Of a DNA stretch of 64,000 nucleotides, positions 57,805 to 64,000 are shown piece after piece. Numbering within the stretch: position 1 is the stretch's first letter; each line of letters starts with the position of its first letter. Under the pieces are notes generated by a model. The model did no database searches and was not told the origin of the DNA. It saw only the letters and a list, made by a program, of their open reading frames with translations. Where the stretch lies: contig JAURCS010000008.1 in NCBI GenBank assembly GCA_030828385.1, forward strand, positions 8,008 through 72,007, in the 5' to 3' direction. The position numbers were made by a program, and so were the translations under genes. The stretch comes from Gammaproteobacteria bacterium. Its GTDB lineage: Bacteria > Pseudomonadota > Gammaproteobacteria > Pseudomonadales > Pseudohongiellaceae.

Positions 57805-59163
57805 ATGGCATTTGTAGTTGCGATCATATTTCTTGTAATCATCAGTATAGCCCTGCAGTTGTTTACCCCTTGGTATTTTCAACCAATTGCCTCCAACTGG
57901 ACCGGTATTGATTCCACTATAAGTATCACCATGTGGGTAACCGGCTTTGTATTCATTGCAGTGAACTTGTTTTTGGCGTACTGCGTCTATAAATACCGCT
58001 ATAACAAGGACCGTCGCGCCAATTACGAGCCCGAAAACAAAAAACTGGAAATCTGGCTCACCAGCTTTACGGCCATTGGTGTTGCTGCACTTCTGACCCC
58101 GGGCCTATTCGTATGGGCAAGCTTTGTAAACGTGCCCGAAGATGCAGTGCAGGTAGAAGTCGTTGGCCAACAGTGGCAGTGGAGCTTCCGTTATCCGGGT
58201 GCCGATGGTGTTCTTGGCACTGCTGATAATGCCTACGTAACTCCTGAAAACCCCATGGGTATTAATCCGGCAGACCCTTTCGGACAGGATGATCTGGTTA
58301 TAGAAGACAAGGAAATGTACCTGCCACTGAATCAGAATGTTGAGCTGTTGATGCGTTCTAAGGACGTATTACATGACTACACAGTTGCTCCTTTCCGCGT
58401 AAAAATGGACATGGTACCGGGTTCCATATCTTATATGTGGCTTGAGCCCACCAAAGCCGGTCGCTACGACATCCTTTGTGAAGAACATTGCGGACTTGGC
58501 CACTTTATTATGCGCGGCTCAGTAGTGGTTGCAGAGCAGGCAGAGTATGAAGCCTGGCTGGCAGAACAGACTACTTTTGCCGAAACACAGGCAGTTGCCG
58601 TTGGCAATGCCCAGGCTGGAGCGGCTAATTACGCTGTTTGCTCTGCCTGTCATGGTGCCAATGGTGAAGGTAATCAGGCGCTGAATGCGCCGAAACTGGC
58701 CGGCCAGCAAGACTGGTATCTGCGTCAGCAACTCAGATATTACAAATCAGGTGTTCGAGGCACAAATCCTGATGATGTCTATGGCGCACAGATGGCACCT
58801 ATGGCCGCCACACTGGTCAACGACACTGTTACCAGCAATGTTATTGCCTACATCGAAAGCCTCCCCAATGATCCTGCGCCTGAGACGGTTACTGGCGACC
58901 TAGCCAATGGTGAAGCGCTTTATAGCTCCACCTGCAGCACCTGTCATGGTGATGACGGTACTGGCCGCTGGAAGGTTCATGCCCCTGCTCTGGCAGGCAT
59001 GACTGACTGGTATATGGTCAGACAATTACAGAATTTTAAGTCCGGTGTGCGCGGTGCTCATCCTGAAGATCAGCTAGGTTACCAGATGACTGCCATGGTA
59101 TCTGCACTGGCCGATGACGATGCTATCAACGACGTTGTTGCCTACATAAACACACTCAAGTAA
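57805..59163 (+). CDS. coxB: Cytochrome c oxidase subunit II fused to two cytochrome c domains
   Basis: 452 aa with two N-terminal TM segments. The CuA site is CEEHCGLGHFIM. Two tandem, mutually similar c-type domains follow (CSACHG ... and CSTCHG ...). Confidence 0.9.
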   Translation: MAFVVAIIFLVIISIALQLFTPWYFQPIASNWTGIDSTISITMWVTGFVFIAVNLFLAYCVYKYRYNKDRRANYEPENKKLEIWLTSFTAIGVAALLTPGLFVWASFVNVPEDAVQVEVVGQQWQWSFRYPGADGVLGTADNAYVTPENPMGINPADPFGQDDLVIEDKEMYLPLNQNVELLMRSKDVLHDYTVAPFRVKMDMVPGSISYMWLEPTKAGRYDILCEEHCGLGHFIMRGSVVVAEQAEYEAWLAEQTTFAETQAVAVGNAQAGAANYAVCSACHGANGEGNQALNAPKLAGQQDWYLRQQLRYYKSGVRGTNPDDVYGAQMAPMAATLVNDTVTSNVIAYIESLPNDPAPETVTGDLANGEALYSSTCSTCHGDDGTGRWKVHAPALAGMTDWYMVRQLQNFKSGVRGAHPEDQLGYQMTAMVSALADDDAINDVVAYINTLK

Positions 59164-59238
59164 TCAATCTGCATAAAACAGAATTAAATTTATGTAACTA
59201 ACCCAGTATTTGGGGTTGGTTAGAGCGAGGAGAAAGTA

Positions 59239-61005
59239 ATGTCATATATTCCAATAGCGGACCAGAAAGATGAAATGCATGATCCGCATAGTTTTGTTGC
59301 TAAATATGTCTGGAGCATGGACCACAAAGTCATTGCCATCCAATACGGCACGATTGCTGTAGGTGTTGGCCTTGTGGCACTGGTCTTGTCTGCCCTGATG
59401 CGTCTCCAACTAGGTTACCCTGATACTTTTGCTTTCATTGATCCGGCCGAGTATTACCAGTATGTCACCATGCATGGCATGATCATGGTGGTTTATTTGC
59501 TGACAGCCCTTTTCCTCGGGGGCTTTGGTAACTACTTGATTCCCTTGCAAATTGGCGCAAGAGATATGGTTTTCCCCTTCCTCAATATGTTGAGCGTCTG
59601 GGTTTACCTGTTATCAGTAATTATTCTGATGGCCAGTTTCTTCGTTTCAGGCGGCCCCACTGGTGCCGGCTGGACACTATATCCACCCCAGGCAATCACG
59701 GAAGGAACGCCGGGGGCTGATATGGGTATTGTTCTGATGCTTGCTTCTTTGGCAGTCTTTATTGTTGCCTTCACTATGGGGGGGCTGAACTACGTTACTA
59801 CTGTACTTCAGGCAAGGACACATGGCATGACCCTCATGCGTATGCCTCTGTCTGTGTGGGGCATATTCGTAGCGACTATTCTCGGGTTGTTTGCATTCCC
59901 TGCCCTGTTTGTAAGCGCCATCATGATGGCTTTTGACAAACTACTGGGTACCAGCTTTTTTATGCCGGCAATGGTCTCAATTGGCGAAACTCTTGAGCAT
60001 ACGGGTGGTAGCCCGGTTCTGTTCCAGCACCTGTTCTGGTTCTTCGGTCATCCTGAAGTATATATCGTTGCCTTGCCTGCCTTTGGCCTAGTCTCCGACG
60101 TACTCAGCTGTCATGCACGTAAAAACATTTTCGGCTACCGCATGATGGTATGGGCAATTGTTGCCATTGGCGGTCTTAGCTTCATAGTATGGGCTCACCA
60201 TATGTATGTCAGCGGCATGAACCCCTACTTCGGTTTCTTTTTTGCCTTTACTACCCTGATTATCGCTGTACCGACAGCTATCAAGGTCTATAACTGGGTG
60301 CTGACGCTATGGGAAGGTAATATTCGCCTGACCGTGCCAATGCTATTCGCTTGCGGCTTTATCTTTACTTTTCTGCATGGCGGCTTGACCGGCATCTTCC
60401 TGGGTAATGTAACCGTTGACCTGCCCCTGTCCGATACGTATTTCGTAATAGCCCACTTCCATATGGTTATGGGTGTATCACCAGTAATGGTTCTGTTTGC
60501 ATCGATCTACCACTGGTTTCCTAAAATGAGTGGCAAGATGTTTAACGTCACCCTCGGTAAGATCCATTTCTGGGCTACCTTCTTCGGTACTTATGCCATT
60601 TATCTGCCAATGCATTATCTGGGCTTCCTTGGTGTTCCACGTCGTTATTACTCTATGGGTACTACCGAGTTTCTGCCTGAGTCTGCAAATACTCTGAATG
60701 CCAATATCACCTTGGCAGCAATCTGGGTAGCGCTATTCCAGCTGGTGTTCATTTTCAACATGATCTGGAGTCTGTGGAGAGGCAAGAAATGTGATGGCAA
60801 CCCATGGGAAGCCACCAGTCTGGAATGGCAAACTCCTGAGAACCCTCCTGCCCACGGCAATTGGGGGCCGGAACTGCCTACTGTATACCGCTGGGCTTAT
60901 GAATATAGTGTTCCGGGCGTCAAGGCTGACTTTGTGCCACAGAATATAGCACCGGAAGACGTCGAAACCACTGATGGCAAAGCATATATAGGACATGAAG
61001 ATTGA
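59239..61005 (+). CDS. ctaD: Cytochrome c oxidase subunit I (A-type, with GHPEVY glutamate)
   Basis: 588 aa. WFFGHPEVYIVALPAFG, WAHHMYVSG and HFHMVMG are present. Confidence 0.95.
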   Translation: MSYIPIADQKDEMHDPHSFVAKYVWSMDHKVIAIQYGTIAVGVGLVALVLSALMRLQLGYPDTFAFIDPAEYYQYVTMHGMIMVVYLLTALFLGGFGNYLIPLQIGARDMVFPFLNMLSVWVYLLSVIILMASFFVSGGPTGAGWTLYPPQAITEGTPGADMGIVLMLASLAVFIVAFTMGGLNYVTTVLQARTHGMTLMRMPLSVWGIFVATILGLFAFPALFVSAIMMAFDKLLGTSFFMPAMVSIGETLEHTGGSPVLFQHLFWFFGHPEVYIVALPAFGLVSDVLSCHARKNIFGYRMMVWAIVAIGGLSFIVWAHHMYVSGMNPYFGFFFAFTTLIIAVPTAIKVYNWVLTLWEGNIRLTVPMLFACGFIFTFLHGGLTGIFLGNVTVDLPLSDTYFVIAHFHMVMGVSPVMVLFASIYHWFPKMSGKMFNVTLGKIHFWATFFGTYAIYLPMHYLGFLGVPRRYYSMGTTEFLPESANTLNANITLAAIWVALFQLVFIFNMIWSLWRGKKCDGNPWEATSLEWQTPENPPAHGNWGPELPTVYRWAYEYSVPGVKADFVPQNIAPEDVETTDGKAYIGHED

Positions 61006-61618
61006 GCTTTTTCAAAAGCATATTTGAGAAGCCCTGGAACTATCAAGGTGATGATCCGAACTTCGGCGGATCAGAAATAGGCCAAGGCCTGCATCCCAAA
61101 AGGATTGCCTTGCGCATGTTTCTGGGAGTCGTATTCGTCATCTTCATGTTGTTCATCGTGGCTTATTTCATTCGCATGGAGCTGGATGACTGGAGTCCGA
61201 TGCCAGAATCCAATCTGTTGTGGCTAAATACTCTGCTTCTGTTTATTTGCAGTGTGATCATGCAATTAACACGTGGGGCTGCCCAAAAAGGCGTGGCACA
61301 ATCAGTTAAGTACGGCATGGTTGCGGCCGGAGTATTTACCCTTGCTTTTGTTTATGGCCAGGTATCAGCCTGGGAAGAAATGAACAACGCAGGCTATTAC
61401 CTGGCCAGCAACCCGGCAAATTCTTTTTTTATGTACTTACAGGACTTCATGGATTACATATCCTTGGCGGCCTGTGGGTATGGACCCGGTCGACTTTTAA
61501 AGTTCTGTCTGGGGCTGAAGTTAAGGCAGTCAAATTGAGTGTAGAACTGTGTTCAGTTTACTGGCACTTCCTGCTCCTGGTCTGGCTGGTAATCTTTGCA
61601 TTACTTTCATATACCTAA
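61002..61618 (+). pseudogene. Haem-copper oxidase subunit-III-family protein (short CoxO-like form), frameshifted at a T7 run as sequenced
   Basis: ORF 61002..61538 turns to nonsense after ...NPANSFF. From 61430 another frame reads YVLTGLHGLHILGGLWVWTRSTFKVLSGAEVKAVKLSVELCSVYWHFLLLVWLVIFALLSYT*, the canonical subunit III C-terminus. An eighth T in the run at 61424-61430 restores the frame. Confidence 0.8.
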
Positions 61619-61640
61619 TATCAAAATCTAGGATGTATTT

Positions 61641-62312
61641 ATGAGTGGAGAATCACTTAGCCTTTCAGGGCACGCAAAAACCGTAGTTGAAGATTGGTCA
61701 AGCGACAAGCAAGCATTTAATGTCCCCTGGGGCAAGTTTATGATGTGGATGTTCCTCGTCAGTGACACATTCATCTTTAGCTGCTTTCTTGTTGGCTATA
61801 TGAACGTTCGGCGAACCACCACAGACCCATGGCCTTATCCTAGTGAAGTATTCGCACTTGAAATGTTTGGGACCAGTGTTCCACTAATTCTGATTGCGAT
61901 AATGACCTTCATCCTGATTACGAGTTCAGGAACCATGGCGCTTGCGGTCCGATTTGCTCACTTCAAAGATAAAAAGAAAATCTTCTTGCTGATGGCAGTG
62001 ACTGCGGCTCTTGGCGCATCATTTGTGGGCTTGCAGGCATTTGAGTGGTCCAAGCTAATTGCTGAAGGTGTACGTCCATGGACAAACCCCTTTGGTGCTC
62101 CTCAGTTTGGCTCCATTTTCTTTATGGTGACAGGTTTTCATGGCTTACACGTAAGTTGTGGTGTTATTTACCTGTTAGTAATTGCCAGGAAAATACTTCG
62201 AGGCGATTATGACAAAAAAGGCGATTACTCTATTGTTGAGATTACAGGTCTTTACTGGCATTTTGTTGACCTGGTCTGGGTTTTCATTTTTGCATTTTTC
62301 TATCTCTGGTGA
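61641..62312 (+). CDS. Haem-copper oxidase subunit III
   Basis: 223 aa. MWMFLVSDTFIF, FFMVTGFHGLHVSCG and YWHFVDLVWVFIF are present. Confidence 0.85.
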   Translation: MSGESLSLSGHAKTVVEDWSSDKQAFNVPWGKFMMWMFLVSDTFIFSCFLVGYMNVRRTTTDPWPYPSEVFALEMFGTSVPLILIAIMTFILITSSGTMALAVRFAHFKDKKKIFLLMAVTAALGASFVGLQAFEWSKLIAEGVRPWTNPFGAPQFGSIFFMVTGFHGLHVSCGVIYLLVIARKILRGDYDKKGDYSIVEITGLYWHFVDLVWVFIFAFFYLW

Positions 62313-62348
62313 GAATATTATTTAGCGCGGTAAGAGGTTTATAAAACT

Positions 62349-62777
62349 ATGGAAAACGTTGCAACACAAGAAACTGAGAGCCACGAAGACGAAGCTCAAC
62401 ATCCCATTGGTGTATATTTAAAAGTATGGATTCTACTGTTTGTTATCAGTGGATTATCTTACGCCGTTGATTACTTCGACTTACAGGGTATGGTGAGATG
62501 GTCTTTGATCATTATTTTCATGCTACTGAAAGCTGGGTTGATCATCGCTGTCTTTATGCATGTCATGTGGGAGCGCATGGCGCTTATTACCGCGATCCTG
62601 GGGCCACCCCTGCTGTTGATTACTCTTATCGCTTTTATGGTTTCAGAAGGTCTGTATGTATTCGGCAATCGGGTTGATTACATGGGTCGCCCTGCTGCTG
62701 CCGAAAGGATCCATGTAGCAGATGTTATTCATCATGATGAAGAGCATGGCGAGGAAGCAATGGAAGAAGGACACTAG
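62349..62777 (+). CDS. Oxidase subunit-IV-like small membrane protein with a His/Glu-rich C-terminal tail
   Basis: 142 aa with three TM segments in the pattern of prokaryotic subunit IV (YLKVWILLFVIS...). The tail is HVADVIHHDEEHGEEAMEEGH. Confidence 0.6.
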   Translation: MENVATQETESHEDEAQHPIGVYLKVWILLFVISGLSYAVDYFDLQGMVRWSLIIIFMLLKAGLIIAVFMHVMWERMALITAILGPPLLLITLIAFMVSEGLYVFGNRVDYMGRPAAAERIHVADVIHHDEEHGEEAMEEGH

Positions 62778-62842
62778 GTCCTTCTTCTGGATTTCAAGCC
62801 AATATTGACGACTTTATTAACTAACAATACAGATTCAAAATT

Positions 62843-62971
62843 ATGAGCCTTAACGAAGAAGACAAGCTGGTCCATTACGAAGAAGGCAGTGACAGTGATG
62901 CAGATGCTTTCGCATTTATTATGCTGGTGGTAATACTTGGCCTCACACTGGTACATTATCTGCAGGGCTAG
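62843..62971 (+). CDS. Possible 42-aa single-TM peptide at the end of the oxidase operon
   Basis: MSLNEEDKLVHYEEGSDSDADAFAFIMLVVILGLTLVHYLQG. It lies between the last oxidase gene and the terminator hairpin. There is no clear RBS. Confidence 0.3.
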   Translation: MSLNEEDKLVHYEEGSDSDADAFAFIMLVVILGLTLVHYLQG

Positions 62972-62983
62972 CAGTCAATATCT

Positions 62984-63013
62984 GCGACTGGCACTTTGCC
63001 AGTCGCATTATTT
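62984..63013 (+). terminator. Terminator-like hairpin ending the oxidase operon
   Basis: 9-bp stem GCGACTGGC / GCCAGTCGC with a 5-nt loop, followed by ATTATTT (a weak U-tract). Confidence 0.6.
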
Positions 63014-63155
63014 ACACCTCCCGTCTTTGGCCCGCACTAGCCCCAGTGCCCTATCATCCCGGCCTTAACACCTTTATCCTTAATCTTTTATCCCTCTTCT
63101 AACCGCGAACTACGCGTCATTTACATATTCCCCACTAATAATTGGATTCAATCGA

Positions 63156-63197
63156 TTGATCCAGATCAATGCTGGAAAGCAACGCTGTTTGTATAGT
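63156..63197 (+). promoter_or_regulatory. Perfect FNR/ANR-type box with a -10 element at class II spacing
   Basis: TTGAT-CCAG-ATCAA at 63156-63169 and TATAGT at 63192-63197. A start site 7 nt after the hexamer places the box centre at -41.5. Confidence 0.55.
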
Positions 63198-63230
63198 TTG
63201 AACAGTCAAACAAACAACAGTAAAAGGATA

Positions 63231-63422
63231 ATGCTTTTCATACTTTGTGGCGCATTAGCAATAGTTGCAGTCGGTGGAATTATTTTAACCCTGAATAGAA
63301 TCGCTTCGCATAAAATTGCAGTCTTATTTATATGCCGTATAAAAAGTTTTAACCCTCTGCCGACCTTAGTTCTTTATTTGTGTAAAGAACTACGATCGGT
63401 TTTTATGTCTCGTATTGAATAA
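63231..63422 (+). CDS. Possible small membrane protein (hypothetical)
   Basis: 63 aa from ATG 63231 (AAAGGA just upstream): MLFILCGALAIVAVGGIILTL... It lies about 27 nt downstream of the inferred FNR-dependent start site. I recognise no family. Confidence 0.35.
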   Translation: MLFILCGALAIVAVGGIILTLNRIASHKIAVLFICRIKSFNPLPTLVLYLCKELRSVFMSRIE

Positions 63423-63429
63423 TTATTCT

Positions 63430-63438
63430 CCCCCCCCC
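63430..63438. repeat. C9 homopolymer tract in an intergenic region
   Basis: Nine consecutive C at 63430-63438, 73 nt upstream of the SURF1 ATG. Confidence 0.9.
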
Positions 63439-63511
63439 GCGTTAATCCCAAAACATATTTATGGCATAATAGAATTACCATCTGTACCTGAGGCCAAGCA
63501 CATTGTCTGTC

Positions 63512-64000
63512 ATGAAAACTAAAGTATTTACCTTTGGAGAGCTGGAAATCCGTTTTAACTGGGCGGTGTCATTCTTCATCCTGCTAGTTCTATTTGGCTT
63601 GATAAGACTCGGTATATGGCAACTTGACCGGGCCCAGGAGAAAATGTCACTTCAAGACACCTACCTGGAAATGGGAACTGATCAGCCGGTACCTGTCGAC
63701 GATGTGCCCATGTCTGGCCTGGAAAATGATGCGCTAAACATTCAGAACCTTCACGTCTCTGCCAGTGGCGAGTACATGAACGACAAAACTATTTTTCTTA
63801 TTTATCAGACCCATGAAGACAATATCGGTTATGAAGTAATCACACCATTCAAGCTGGATGAAGCGGATAAAATTGTTTTTGTCAGTCGTGGCTGGATACT
63901 GGCTAATACCTATGAAGAAACAAAAGACAAAGTGCAGCCAATTTTGGGCAAGCAAACAATTCAAGGACAGGTTTTTGTGCCTACACTAAAGCAGGCTGAC
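63512..64000 (+). CDS. SURF1-family cytochrome oxidase assembly protein (5' part; runs off the window)
   Basis: Open from ATG 63512 to the window end (163 codons). N-terminal TM plus the LGIWQLDRAQEK motif, then YEVITPF...VFVSRGW. Confidence 0.8.
   Translation, partial: MKTKVFTFGELEIRFNWAVSFFILLVLFGLIRLGIWQLDRAQEKMSLQDTYLEMGTDQPVPVDDVPMSGLENDALNIQNLHVSASGEYMNDKTIFLIYQTHEDNIGYEVITPFKLDEADKIVFVSRGWILANTYEETKDKVQPILGKQTIQGQVFVPTLKQAD

Noticed and set aside
62988-63000. A TGGCAC...TTGCC sequence resembling a sigma-54 -24/-12 promoter
   Set aside because: The spacing is wrong for GG-N10-GC, and the sequence is simply the two arms of the terminator hairpin.
63231-63422. Assigning the small ORF upstream of SURF1 to the twin-TM DUF2909 family that occupies this position in Pseudomonas-type aa3 clusters
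   Set aside because: Only the first helix is convincing, the second half does not resemble the family in any frame, and the SD-ATG spacing is short. It is kept only as a low-confidence hypothetical ORF.
1-64000. A search by eye for CRISPR arrays, tRNA/rRNA genes, IS elements, integrases, toxin-antitoxin pairs and known defence-system genes
   Set aside because: I found no repeat-spacer periodicity, no tRNA-like T-arm consensus, no transposase, recombinase or nuclease-ATPase defence signatures, and no flanking direct repeats suggesting an island. I would confirm this with tRNAscan-SE, Infernal, ISEScan and DefenseFinder.

Overview
Densely coding 64-kb chromosomal segment. Gene content (Na+-pumping oxaloacetate decarboxylase oadGAB, NhaA, a KefB-type CPA2 antiporter, malate synthase G) suggests an aerobic marine or aquatic gammaproteobacterium; that assignment is inference. 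I recognise about 60 protein genes and no rRNA, tRNA, CRISPR array, transposase, integrase or phage gene.

The dominant theme is periplasmic redox chemistry:
- Four PQQ beta-propeller dehydrogenases. Three have an N-terminal CxxCH cytochrome c domain. One is the classical Cys-Cys type with a D-Y-D motif and its own di-haem cytochrome c.
- Two paralogous ~720-aa proteins combining a CarboxypepD_reg-like domain, a single haem c motif and a propeller-like region.
- A GMC flavoprotein with a Tat-exported small subunit.
- A di-haem MauG/CCP-family peroxidase cluster.
- An A-type haem-copper oxidase operon whose subunit II is fused to two cytochrome c domains and which has two subunit-III-like genes.

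The most interesting unexplained content is a two-gene module present twice, each time beside a PQQ enzyme. It pairs a small secreted protein whose predicted mature N-terminus is His-His-Ser with a ~250-aa secreted partner.

Other points:
- A glucosylglycerate synthesis and phosphorolysis operon.
- A persulfide dioxygenase-rhodanese gene translationally coupled to a eukaryote-like sulfotransferase.
- A sulfotransferase-GT4-DUF2334 cluster.
- A perfect FNR-type box with class II spacing upstream of a small ORF and SURF1.
- Heptanucleotide tandem repeats at two intergenic sites.

Caveat: four genes are broken by single-base deletions, three of them in run-rich sequence. Sequencing indel error is as likely as true pseudogenisation. 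All family assignments come from motif recognition by eye, not from database searches.
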